The notes under the pieces are model-generated. The model saw only the letters and a list, made by a program, of their open reading frames with translations, was not told the DNA's origin and searched no databases. A DNA stretch of 64,000 nt from NCBI RefSeq assembly GCF_009914755.1, contig NC_060947.1; one strand, given 5' to 3'. The DNA is from the human T2T-CHM13v2.0 reference genome, Homo sapiens. Shown here piece by piece: positions 1 through 19,428 of the stretch; within the stretch, counting starts at the first letter, position 1, and the number at the start of each line of letters is the position of its first letter. The position numbers were made by a program, and so were the translations under genes.

Positions 1-59
1 GATGTTAAACTTATAAAGTCCTTCAATATATTTCACATTATGTATCTTAGGTTGATCTC

Positions 60-195
60 TGACAACAGCCCTGTGAGCATGAATGGGCAGGTATTATCCT
101 TATTTTAAAGATGATGAATATGAGGCCAAGAGAGTTGGGACAATAGATGGCTGGCATTAGAACCCAGGAATCAAGGTTCTATGCTTCCTTTACTT
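60..195 (-). mobile_element. MIR fragment
   Basis: MIR core-like 'gtattatccttattttaaagatgatgaatatgaggccaagagag...attagaacccagg'; boundaries approximate. Confidence 0.55.
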
Positions 196-815
196 TGCAA
201 TGAGGTCAGCAAGGGGCACAAACATGACATGATGTTGCTTACCCCATTTCAGGTCAAAACTCATTATCTAACCTAAAGTTTACCATTACACAAATTTAGC
301 TGTTGGGATACTTGCCAACATGAAACCCAAGCCTAACTTCCTGAAGCAGTATAAAGGTACATGCCAGGAGTCATAAATCAGGTATTTTATTTCCTGAGTG
401 TGGCTAGAATATCCCTTTGCCAAGAAAAGGGAAGGGGGTAGAGTGATATAATTTTCAGTCTCCCACAATCTCCCAGACTTCCAGCTCAGAGTGCCAGCAA
501 GTACCCCGCCATCTAATGGTCATTTGCAGAAACTTCATCTTCCAGGTAGGAGAAGAAGACATCCCATTGATATTCTTTTATTTATTTATTTATTTATTTA
601 TTTTTATTTTTTATTATACTTTTAAGTTTTAGGGTACATGTGCACATTGTGCAGGTTAGTTACATATGTATACATATGCCATGCTGGTGCACTGCACCCA
701 CTAACTCATCATCTAGCATTAGGTATATCTCCCAATGCTATCCCTCCCCCTCCCCCCACCCCACCACAGTCCCCAGTGTGATATTCCCCTTCTTGTGTCC
801 ATGTGTTCTCATTGT

Positions 816-4655
<3,840 letters not shown>

Positions 4656-4703
4656 TTATTTTGCTCGTTAGTTGATGCAGTTTCTTCCTAGTCTTGATGG
4701 TCT

Positions 4704-5720
4704 TTACATTTTGGCATGATTTTGCAGCGGCTGGTTCCGGTTGTTCCTTTCCATGTTTAGTGCTTCCTTCAGGAGCTCTTTTAGGGCAGGCCTGGTGGTG
4801 ACAAAATCTCTCAGCATTTGCTTGTCTGTAAAGTATTTAATTTCTCCTTCACTTATGAAGCTTAGTTTGGCTGGATATGAAATTCTGGGTTGAAAATTCT
4901 TTTCTTTAAGCATGTTGAATATTGGCCCCCACTCTCTTCTGGCTTGTAGGGTTTCTGCCGAGAGATCCGCTGTTAGTCTGATGGGCTTCCCTTTGAGGGT
5001 AACCCGACCTTTCTCTCTGGCTGCCCTTAACATTTTTTCCTTCATTTCAACTTTGGTGAATCTGACAATTATGTGTCTTGGAGTTGCTCTTCTCGAGGAG
5101 TATCTCTGGGGTGTTCTCTGTATTTCCTGAATCTGAAGGTTGGACTGCCTTGCTAGATTGGGGAAGTTCTCCTGGAGAATATCCTGCAGAGTGTTTTCCA
5201 ACTTGGTTCCATTCTCCCCGTCACTTTCAGGTACACCAATCAGACGTAGATTTGGTCTTTTCACATAGTCCCATATTTCTTGGAGGCTTTGCTTATTTCT
5301 TTTTATTCTTTTTTCTCTAAACTTCCCTTCTCGCTTCATTTCATTCATTTCATCTTCCATTGCTGATACCCTTTCTTCCAGTTGATCGCATCGGCTCCTG
5401 AGGCTTCTGCATTCTTCACGTAGTTCTCGAGCCTTGGTTTTCAGCTCCATCAGCTCCTTTAAGCACTTCTCTGTATTGGTTATTCTAGTTATACATTCTT
5501 CTAAATTTTTTTCAAAGTTTTCAACTTCTTTGCCTTTGGTTTGAATGTCCTCCCGTAGCTCAGAGTAATTTGATCGTCTGAAGCCTTCTTCTCTCAGCTC
5601 GTCAAAGTCATTCTCCACCCAGCTTTGTTCCGTTGCTGGTGAGGAACTGCGTTCCTTTGGAGGAGGAGAGGCGCTCTGCATTTTAGAGTTTCCAGTTTTT
5701 CTGTTCTGTTTTTTCCCCAT
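4704..5720 (-). CDS. L1 ORF1p, intact 338 aa RNA-binding/chaperone protein
   Basis: MGKKQNRKTGNSK...QNHAKM, full length; REKG, ARR and YPAKLS motifs present. Confidence 0.95.
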   Translation of the reverse strand: MGKKQNRKTGNSKMQSASPPPKERSSSPATEQSWVENDFDELREEGFRRSNYSELREDIQTKGKEVENFEKNLEECITRITNTEKCLKELMELKTKARELREECRSLRSRCDQLEERVSAMEDEMNEMKREGKFREKRIKRNKQSLQEIWDYVKRPNLRLIGVPESDGENGTKLENTLQDILQENFPNLARQSNLQIQEIQRTPQRYSSRRATPRHIIVRFTKVEMKEKMLRAAREKGRVTLKGKPIRLTADLSAETLQARREWGPIFNMLKEKNFQPRISYPAKLSFISEGEIKYFTDKQMLRDFVTTRPALKELLKEALNMERNNRNQPLQNHAKM

Positions 5721-6623
5721 CTTTGTGGTTTTATCTACTTTTGGTCTTTGATGATGGTGATGTACAGATGGGTTTTTGGTTTGGATGTCCTTTCTGTTTA
5801 TTAGTTTTCCTTCTAACAGACAGTACCCTCAGCTGCAGGTCTGTTGGAATACCCTGCCGTGTGAGGTGTCAGTCTGCCCCTGCTGGGGGGTGCCTCCCAG
5901 TTAGGCTGCTCGGGGGTCAGGGGTCAGGGACCCACTTGAGGAGGCAGTCTGCCCGTTCTCAGATCTCCAGCTGCGTGCTGGGAGAACCACTGCTCTCTTC
6001 AAAGCTGTCAGACAGGGACATTTAAGTCTGCAGAGGTTACTGCTGTCTTTTTGTTTGTCTGTGCCCTGCCCCCAGAGGTGGAGCCTACAGAGGCAGGCAG
6101 GCCTCCTTGAGCTGTGGTGGGCTCCACCCAGTTCGAGCTTCCCGGCTGCTTTGTTTACCTTATCAAGCCTGGGCAATGGCGAGCGCCCCTCCCCCAGCCT
6201 CGCTGCTGCCTTGCAGTTTGATCTCGGACTGCTGTGCTAGCAATCAGCGAGACTCTGTGGGCATAGGACCCTCCAAGCCAGGTGCGGGATATAATCTCGT
6301 GGTGCGCCTTTTTTTAAGCCCGTCGGAAAAGCGCCATATTCGGGTGGGAGTGGCCCGATTTTCCAGGTGCCGTCCGTCACCCCTTTCTTTGACTCGGAAA
6401 GGGAACTCCCTGACCCCTTGCGCTTCCCAAGTGAGGCAATGCCTCGCCCTGCTTTGGCTCATGCACAGTGCGCGCACCCACTGACCTACGCCCACTGTCT
6501 GGCACTCCCTAGTGAGATGAACCTGGTACCTCAGATGGAAATGCAGAAATCACCGTCTTCTGTGTTGCTCACGCTGGGAGCTGTAGACTGGAGCTGTTCC
6601 TATTCGGCCATCTTGGCTCCTCC
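5721..6623 (-). promoter_or_regulatory. L1 5'UTR internal sense promoter plus antisense promoter, CpG-rich
   Basis: YY1 motif CAAGATGGCCG (6605-6615) and RUNX3-region TGCATTTCCATCTGAGGTA (6527-6545) retained. Confidence 0.85.
6176..6484 (+). CDS. L1 antisense ORF0, extended 102-aa form
   Basis: MASAPPPASLLPCSLISDCCASNQRDSVG... matches the ORF0 N-terminus; GCAATGG Kozak context; frame open to TGA at 6482-6484. Confidence 0.7.
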   Translation: MASAPPPASLLPCSLISDCCASNQRDSVGIGPSKPGAGYNLVVRLFLSPSEKRHIRVGVARFSRCRPSPLSLTRKGNSLTPCASQVRQCLALLWLMHSARTH

Positions 6624-6759
6624 CATCCCATTGATATTCTATTTTCCGTCCACATGGAATATGGTGTGAGAGTGATCACTATTTCAGTCCAGCTCAGGAA
6701 CAGATATTCTACTGCACCATACATACATACTCAACCCAGACTTCTTGGAAAGGAATTGT

Positions 6760-9140
6760 GTTAAAAGTTAGACCTACCATATGATACAGCAAATACACTT
6801 CTAGGTATTTACCCAAGTGAATTGAAAATTTACATCCACACAAAAACCTGCTTGTGGATGTCTCTAGCAACTTTATTCCTAATTTCTCAAAGCTAAAAAC
6901 AATCAAGATGTCTTTCAACAAGAGAATGGATAAACAAGTATTCTTACAATGGAATACTATTCAGTGTTTAAAAGGAACTACTTACATAAAAGGAGCTATT
7001 GATTCACACAACATGAATGAGTCTTAAATGCATTTTGCTAGGAGACAGAAGCCATACCCAAAGACTACATATTGTATTATTCCATTCATATGACACTCTG
7101 GAAAATATAAAACTATAGGGATGGGATACTTATCAGTAGTTTCTGAATATTAGGGGTGGGGGAACTGGTTGATAACAGAGGGGATTCACAGAGGAATTTT
7201 GAGAGTGATGGAACTCTTCTGTATGGTATTGGGGTGGTGAGCACATGACATTATGCATTTGTCAAAACCTATAGACCTGTAATTTACAAAGAATGAGCCT
7301 TAACATATGCAAATGCAAACATCAACCAGATGTCAGAGGATCCCAGGATGAAATGCAGACTGTGACAAATGAATCTAACTGTATTACAAATGTGTGACAT
7401 AAGTGCACTGAGGAAGGGGGTACGAAGCTGATTTAACTTTGAAAAATTGTGTTTTAGCTAGAAAGTATAAAGATAAAAGACAAATAACCATACATAAACA
7501 CTGTACTGTAGTTGATAAAGCTGTTGTCATGGTGGTATAGATGAACAATTGTGAGACTGGTTTGAATGTACTGGGTTTGAACAAGTAAGTAAATGGATGG
7601 TGGGTAGTGGAAGCTAAGTTTGTCATTGTTATAGGGGGAAGTTACAGATAAAAAGAAAGGAAGGCTAGAATGAACCCTGTAGTATTGGATTAGAGTTAGA
7701 GACATCAATATAAACTCATGTTTAGCTTTATATATATTATATATATATTTATATATAATATATATTATATATATACATATATATTATATATATTATATAT
7801 ATACATATATATTATATATATACATATATATTATATATATATACATATATAATATATATATATATACATATATAATATATATATATACACATATATATTA
7901 TATATATTATATATATACATATATATTATATATATTATATATATATACACACACACACACACAATGGATAGACACACAAATGATTATAGATATATATGTA
8001 TACAAAGGTTAGTACATAAACAAACATATATTACCCAGTTATGTCCACTGAGAAAGTCTGGAAGCAATGATAGCTTGGTAAAAATGACCACTCCTAGATC
8101 TTGGTTTCTAAATAACATTTTCCAATAAAAGGAACCAGAGTTATTTGGATAAATGGTTCATTCTAGGGCTAGGTCAGGGAAAACACAAGATGAGCCTGGA
8201 GTATCTTGTAGTACCAGAAAATTAGCAAGTACTAAAAAGATAAAAGGAAGAGGGCATGTGTTTAAAGGGACGCAGGAACCAACCTGAAATAATTCCTAAT
8301 GGCTAAAGCAGGAGCATTTGAGTAACAAAATAGATAAGGTAGTATCGGATTAAAGCCCAAAGTATAAAATAAATAAATATTAGCCCACATATACAGCATA
8401 AATAAATGATCAAATAAATGCATAAATGGTGGAGAAAAGACATATCGTCCTAACAGAAGAATTCTAAATAATGTATGTAGATACTCCCCTTTCAAGGAGG
8501 TAGAGCTTGGGTGTGGGCTGGACTTACTTCCAAAGAATAGAGAATGAAAAAGGAAAAAGTAGTTGCTTTACACTGCAAAAACATGGCAAACACAACCTTA
8601 ACCAAATGACCAAAGTTAAATGTGATAATTAGTAGTGATGTCTTGTTAAAGGCTATTATGTGCGCCTTGAAATAATGTAATGAAAATGGAACTTTACCTC
8701 TGTGAGATTCTTCTCCAAAATCTATAACCCCAGTGCAATCATAAGAAAAACATCAAACTACCACAAATTGAAGGACATTCTGCAAAATACCTGACCAGTA
8801 CTCTTAAAAATCTTAACGTTATGGAAAAGCAGAGAAACTGCCACAGACCAGAGAAGACTAAGGACACATGATGATTAAATGCAATGTATTATCTTGGATT
8901 GGATCCTGATATTTTAGAAAAATGATAATTAATGGAAAAACTGGTGAAATCTGAATGAAGTCTGGAGTTTAGTTAATAGTAATATACCAGTGTTGATTTC
9001 TTAGTTTTTATAAATGTACCATAGTAATGTACAGATGATAACATTAGGGGAAACTGGGCAAACGGTATATTGGAACTCTTTGTACTAGCTTTGCAACTTT
9101 TCTGTAAGTACAAAAGTCATCTCAAATAAAGTTTAAAAAT
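6760..9140 (+). mobile_element. Ancient L1M 3' end (L1MC3/L1MC4-like)
   Basis: ORF2 C-terminal remnant 'ctaggtatttacccaagtgaattgaaaa' followed by a long 3'UTR ending 'ttgcaacttttctgtaag...aaataaagtttaaaaa'. Confidence 0.75.
7727..7962. repeat. Interrupted (TA)n followed by (CA)n
   Basis: About 220 bp of TATA/TACA units, then (CA)n. Confidence 0.95.
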
Positions 9141-9234
9141 TAAACCATGTTCACACACACACACAGAGTTAATAGTTTAAACAGATGTCTGTCAGATTCT
9201 TCCTTAACATACAATTAGGGAGGAGAACAGTCTT

Positions 9235-9367
9235 CTGAAGTCAGAAGGTAACCATTATCTAACTGTGTGACCTTAAGCAAGTTCCTTTTTTCAACTTCAG
9301 GCTTGAATTTTCCATCTGTACCATGAGGAGTGGAACTAGATGGTGTTCAAATGCCCTTTCAGCTCTA
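9235..9367 (+). mobile_element. MIR fragment
   Basis: 'aactgtgtgaccttaagcaagtt...catctgtaccatgagg...ccctttcagctcta'. Confidence 0.65.
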
Positions 9368-9769
9368 CCTAGACTGGGCTTCTTTTTGACTGTGTGGGAG
9401 GTGGGAACAGAGGCCAAAGCTTTCCTTGGGCTTTCTTAACAAAACCAGCTGCTTTACCAAGCTCAACGTAGAATGTTCCATGTGAATTCCAATCACCAGC
9501 AATCCCAGAGAGATGGGTTCAGTAAGAAGAAGGATGGAACTGTGCATGGCATAAGCCTCTTTTCCTGGGAAGTATTCAGTGTTCTCCGGGAAATGAGGGC
9601 AACGTGAAAGCCAATCTAAAGGTGGGGTTTAAGAAGAACAGAAAGTGAACAAAAACTTGAATTTCTATGGCCAAGAAATGTTACTTCTTGTCAAGCCCTG
9701 GCCATCCAGCCACACTGGCTAAGCAAGGACACATTGCCAGTAAACCCAAGTACCTTCAAAATGCCATTC

Positions 9770-9860
9770 TTGAGGGAGTGAGAGCATCAGGAAGAATAGC
9801 TAATGGATGCTGGCTTTAATAACTAGGTGACAGGTTGATCTATTCAGCAAACCATCATGG
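9770..9860 (+). mobile_element. L1PB-like 3'UTR fragment
   Basis: 'agagcatcaggaagaatagctaatggatgctgg...gcaaaccatcatgg'. Confidence 0.65.
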
Positions 9861-10459
9861 TTTGAAATCCTGTCTCAAAAACACCAAAAACCAAACCAAA
9901 ACAAAAAACCAAAACAAAATAATAAAAGAGTGCCTAACTCAGAAAGGCACTCAAGACTATCACTGCAACCACCACACTTAGCTGTGCTTAAACCCAATAG
10001 CTGCTTTTATATTGCATTCTTCTCTCAATCAAAACTTATAATAGGCCAAACTATCCATATGGCACACAACCTGAGAAACTCTGGCTTTCCCGTAAAGTTC
10101 ATAGCTTTGATGCCAAAGGGGCTTTTTGCAGAGATTGTTTCTTGGAGAAGAGTCTTGCTTTCATCTTTGTATTTAGATAATTCTAATAAAGAGCAAGGTG
10201 GACATTTGGGCCTAGCTACTATGCTTTTCTTATCAAGTAATTTTGGTTTACTTTTTTTCCAGTGCATTTTCTGCCAGCACAGAAGCTCCAATTAGATGGC
10301 AATAGAGTATAGGCCTTTTATTTTAATGTGTATATTTCTCCCACAAAGAAACAAAATTATAGTTATGTCTTCTATTAACATATCCCTATTGATGCTAACT
10401 TAAAATATTTAGTCTCACTGCCAGTGTCCAGTAATGCAACAGTCACAGGGTAAAGAGAA

Positions 10460-10650
10460 TAATACAGAAAAGGAGAAATCAGAGAGAAAGATACATGGGA
10501 GGAAAGGGTAAAGAGAAGGGGAAGTAGAGAAGAAAAAAGGAAAGATGTAAAGAAAACAGGGAAAATAGAACAGTTGGAGAAAAACCAGAGAAAGAAAAAG
10601 GAATAAAGTAAAAAAAAAAAAAAGATGACAGTGAAACAAGGGAACAATGA
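10460..10650. repeat. GA/A-rich low-complexity tract
   Basis: Purine-rich run. Confidence 0.8.
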
Positions 10651-10674
10651 AGAAAATTCTCAAATTGGTACTGC

Positions 10675-10809
10675 TTTATTTTTTATTTTTGTAGGGAGGG
10701 GGTCTTGCCATGTTGCCTAGGCTGGTCTTGAACCCCTGGCCTCAAGTGATCCTCCCACCTCAGCCTCCCAAAGTGCTGGAATTACAGGCATGAGCCATCA
10801 CACCTGGCC
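10675..10809 (-). mobile_element. Alu left monomer (FLAM_C-like)
   Basis: 'ctggtcttgaacccctggcctcaagtgatcctcccacc...cacacctggcc'. Confidence 0.85.
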
Positions 10810-11144
10810 ACTAATGCTTTTTAATTTTATTGACTAGTTGTTGAGTCAATAAAACTAAGACTTCCTGTTGAGTGTGAAGTAAATTGGATTTCAATTGTTA
10901 TCTGTGTGTAGCAGAGATTTTCACAAAGGCCTCAATAAAGACCTGGTCTCCTTCACAGTGAGTCCCCTGACTCATTCTCAACTACAAGATCTTATTAGAA
11001 TAGGGAGCTTATGATCCCAATTTGTGCTGGTTTTAGAGCTGCCAGCAAAATAAATAAAGAAATACATGCATACATACATACATCAAATTAAAAATTAAAA
11101 AAAAGTTTCTCATTTTCCATGGAATTAAAGACCAAGTAGAGTAG

Positions 11145-11815
<671 letters not shown>

Positions 11816-11945
11816 ACTAATTTGCATGTAACCTTGGGAAACTCCCTTCTTTCTGGGCCTGTTTCTCCCTCTGTAAAGTGAGGGTGCATGTAGGGGCTTT
11901 AGTGATCTTGAAGGACCCTTCTATCCTGAGTAATCTGAGTCTAAG
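11816..11945 (+). mobile_element. MIR fragment
   Basis: 'gtaaccttgggaaa...ctgggcctgtttctccctctgtaaagtgagg'. Confidence 0.6.
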
Positions 11946-12049
11946 TGAAACATTTGTTAACTGAAAATAATGCCCTTGCGTGCTGTGAGAACTTTCACAA
12001 TTGGAAGGCTACTACTAGCTTTTTTTTTTATAAAAAGCTTTTTAAAATT

Positions 12050-13060
12050 CCCCATCCTATTTTTATTTACTTTAAAAATTACGCATAGTAAAAATAATTT
12101 TTCATTGTACAGTTCTATGAGTTTTTACAGACACATGCAGTGGGATAATCACTCCACAATCACAATTCAGAACAGTTCCGTGATCCCAAAAATTCCCTCA
12201 AGCTACCCCTTTGTAGTCAATCCCTCCCCTAGTTCTTAAGTAACAACTAACCTGTTTTCTGTCCCTATAGTTTTGTCTTTCCATAATGTATCATCCTTTT
12301 TTAATAGCTGCAAAATATTCTATTTTTAAAAAATTAAAATTAAAAATATATTCTATTGTATAGATAGGCCATACAATAGAATTTATTTAGTGAAGTTATT
12401 ACTAAATTTTATTTATTTAGTAATTTTTTTCTTTTCCCCCACCCCAAACTAATGTTGATAGACTGTTAACTAAAGTCTATAGTTTATATTAAGACTCACT
12501 CTTTGTGTTGAATATTCTATGGGTTTTGAGGAATGTATAATGATATGTATCCACTATTACAGCATCATACAGAATAGTTACACTGCCCTAAAAATGCTCT
12601 GTGCTCCACCTACTCATCCCTCTCTCTCTTCCCCCAAAACACCTGGTAACCACTGAATTTTTTTTTGTCGCCATAGTTTTGCCTTTTCCAGAATGTCGTA
12701 TAGTCGGAATCATACATTATGTAGCCTTTCAGATTGGCTTCTTTCATGTAGCAATATGCATTTCAAGTTTCTCCATGTCTTTTTGTGGCTTGATAGCTCA
12801 TTTCTTTTCAGTGCTGAATAATATTTCATTGCATGGATATAACAGTGTATTTATCAATTCACCTATTAGAAGACATCACGGTTGCTTAGAAGTTTGAGCA
12901 ATTATGAATAATGCTACTATAAACACTCGTGCAGGTTTTTTGTGGATGCAAGTTTTCCACTCATTTGGATAAATACAAGTAGCATGATTACTGGATCATA
13001 TGGTAAGAATATGATAAGCTTTGTAAGAAACTGTCAAACTGCCTTCCAAAATGGCCACAC
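12050..13060 (-). mobile_element. L1MC/L1MD 3' region(s), host of the 13.06-17.6 kb insertions
   Basis: 'agcatcatacagaatagttacactgccctaaaa', 'tttgtaagaaactgtcaaactgccttccaaa'. Confidence 0.75.
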
Positions 13061-13062
13061 CA

Positions 13063-15920
<2,858 letters not shown>

Positions 15921-16983
15921 ACCTAAGGTGCAAGACAAAGTCTGCATTACTTTTCCTTCCACTTTTCTCAAGTAAAAGAAGTCTCTTCCCATAGCCACCA
16001 GAGCTGGGAATGTACTGAGTCTTACCTGAAGCCAGCTAGTCTCAGAGTCTCATCCAAGGCCAATGGCATAGTACCTGGGTACAGCTGCTGGTTATTCAAG
16101 GTCCAAGGGCTCTTTCCTGAGCAGGTGATGGGTCATGCCAGCATTGTGTCCTTCCCTTGAAGGCAGCAGGTTTCCTTTTGGCCCAGGTTGTGTTTCAAAA
16201 TGTCATCCAGGTGCCTCATGACTCTGCCTGCTGCCTTATCCTGCTATGGCTCAGGTGGTATCCAAGATGCTAGACAAAGTCCTTCCCACTCTTCCCTCTC
16301 CTCTCTTCAAGTGGACGGAATGGGTCTCTTTTGTAGCCACAAGCTGCGCAGTCTGGGGTTGAGGGTGGGGTGTTGCAAGCAGTTCCTTAACCACCCCAGC
16401 TGGTGTCTCAGTACTGCCCAGTCCACTGGCTCTGCGCCCAGTTCTGCACAAGGATTCGCCTAGGTGTTGCAGTCCTTGTGACCTAGGCTGCCTTTCAAGT
16501 TTATTTAGAGCCCCAGAGCATTTTAGCCTGTGTTGCAGAGGCTTGCTGGAACTCAAGTTCCAACCACTAGATGTGCGATTCCCCTCTCACTAGGATTAAT
16601 TTAAATACTCCCTCTGTGGGTGGGAATCAGCTGAATTCAGCCTGGTTTTGCTTTCTGCTGTGATGGGGAAGCACTGAGTTCAATGCAATGTCTCACAATC
16701 GCTGTGCTCTCCCTCTTTCAAACCCCAGATTCTTCATGCCCCATGGCTGCTGCCAGGACATAGAGGAGGGGTCATATCTGCAATTCAAGACTGTATTTCC
16801 TGCCCTTTTCAGTGCCTCTTTCACCAATATGAAGTTAAAACCATGTACTGTGAGTGCTCGCCGGATTTTTGGTTCTTATGAAGGTGCTTTGTGTGTGTGT
16901 GTACATAATTGTTAAATTGGTGTCCTTGTGGTGGGGAATGATTGGTAAAGCCTTCTATTTGGCTATCTTGCTCCACCCCTCCC
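15921..16983 (-). mobile_element. L1MA-type 5'UTR (first about 1.06 kb only)
   Basis: Minus strand starts GGGAGGGGTGGAGCAAGATAGCCAAATAG; similar to 47950-49036. Confidence 0.8.
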
Positions 16984-17622
16984 TTGCCCACTTTTTAATG
17001 GGTTATTTGCTTTTTGCGTGTTGATTTAAGTTCCTTATAGATTCTGAATTAGACCTTTGTGAGATGCATAGTATGCAAATATTTTCACCCATTCTGTAGG
17101 CTGCCTGTTTACTCTGTTGATAGCTTCTTTTGCTGTGCAGAAGCTCTTTAGTTTAATGAGGTCCCACTTGTAAATTTTTGTTTTTGTTACAATTGCTTTT
17201 GAGGTCTTAGCCATAAATTCTTTGCCAGTGCTCATGTTGACATGGGTTTTTCCTAGGTTTTCTTCTATGATTTTTGTAGTTTGAGATCTTGAGTTAATTT
17301 TTGTATGTGGTAATAAGTAGGGGTCCAGTTTCATTCTTCTGCATGTGGCCAGTTTTCCAAGCACCATTTATTGAATAGGGAGTCTTTTCTCCTTTGCTTA
17401 TTTTTGTCAACTTTGTCAAAGATCAGAGATTACAGGTGTTTGGCTTCATTTCTTGGCTCTCTATTCTGATCCATTGGTCAATGTGTCTGTTTTTGTTGTT
17501 GTTGTTTTCTTTATCAGTACCATGCTATTTTGGTTACTGTAGCCTTGTAGTATAGTTTGAAGTTGGGTAAGGCGATGCCTCTGGCTTTGCTCTTTTTGCT
17601 TAGGATTGCTTTGGCTATTCAT
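16984..17622 (-). mobile_element. L1PB/old L1PA ORF2 fragment
   Basis: Translates to [27 protein letters not shown]. Confidence 0.85.
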
Positions 17623-17879
17623 TTTTTTTTTGCCCATTTTTCATTGGGCTGTGTGTTTTCTTATTGTTGAGCTTTAACAGTTCTATATATTTTTTGGATA
17701 CCAGTCCTTTATCAGATACGTGATTTGCAAATATTTTTTCCCACTCTGTGGTTTGTTATTTTATTCTCTTAACAGTGTTTTTCTCAGAGCAGAAGTTTTA
17801 AACTCAAATGAAGTTCAACTTACCGTTTTTTTTCTTTCATGGATCACGCCTTTGATGTTTTATCTAAAAAGTTATTACC

Positions 17880-18082
17880 TGGCAACAATAGACACTGGGG
17901 ACTATAAGAGGTGGGACGGAGGGAGTGGGGCAAGGATTGAAAAACTAACTATTGGGTACTATGCTCAGTACCTGGGTGATGAGACAAGTGTATCCCAAAC
18001 CTCAGCATCATGCAACATACCCATGTAACAAACTTGCACATGTACCCTATGAATCTGAAATAAAAGTTGAAATTATAAAAAA
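17880..18082 (+). mobile_element. L1PB4-like 3' end
   Basis: 'gaaaaactaactattgggtactatgctcagtacctgggtgat...gaatctgaaataaaagttgaaattataaaaa'. Confidence 0.8.
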
Positions 18083-18951
18083 TTCAGGAAATCTGACTAC
18101 TCTATAGCTATTAATTAATAATAATGTTTCAATATTGGTTCCTTAATTGTAACAAATGTATCATACTATAAGGGAAACCAGGTGCAGGGTATATAGAAAC
18201 TCTGTGCTGCCTGCTTATTTTGTTTTGTAAATCAAAAACTAATCAAAAAAATAAAATCTATTTTTAAAAATAAAAGTCATCACCAAGCCCAAGATCACGT
18301 AGATTTTCTCCTATGTTTTCTTCTAGTAGGTTAATAGTTTTAATTTTATATTTAGGTCTATGATACTTTTTATGTTAATTTTTGTGAAAGGTGTAAGGTC
18401 TGTGTCTCGATTCATTTATTTGTATATGGTTGTCCAATTGTCCCAGAAACTATTTGTTGAAAAGTCTATCTTTTCCTTATTGCATTGCCTTTGCAGCTTT
18501 CTGGAAGATCAGTTGACTGTATTTGTGTATCTATTCTGTTCCATTATCTATTTGTCTGTTGCCAATTCCACAACGTTTTGATTACTGTAGCTTTATAGTA
18601 AGTCTTATAATTGCATAGTGTCAGCCCTCCAATTTTGTTTTTCCTCTTCAACATTATGTTGGATATTCTATCTTTTACCTGCCCATATAAGCTTTAGAAT
18701 TACTTTGTTGATATCCACAAAATAACTTACTGGGATTTTTATTTGGATTGTGTGGAATCTAAAGACTAAGTTGGGAAGAAGTGACATCTTGACAACATCG
18801 AGTCTTTTTATCCATGTACGTGAAATATCTCCATTTATTTAGATCTCCTTTGATTTTTTTCATCAGAGTTTTGTAGTTTCCCTCATATAGATTTTGTACA
18901 TATTTTGTTAGATTTATACCTAAGTATTTCCTTTTTTGGATGCTAATGTAA

Positions 18952-19428
<477 letters not shown>

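Noticed and set aside
9930-10295. 121-aa plus-strand ORF
   Set aside because: GTG start, no recognisable domain, no supporting splice or promoter context
10375-10663. Hydrophobic F/L/S-rich minus-strand ORFs
   Set aside because: Translation of a GA-rich low-complexity tract, not a membrane protein
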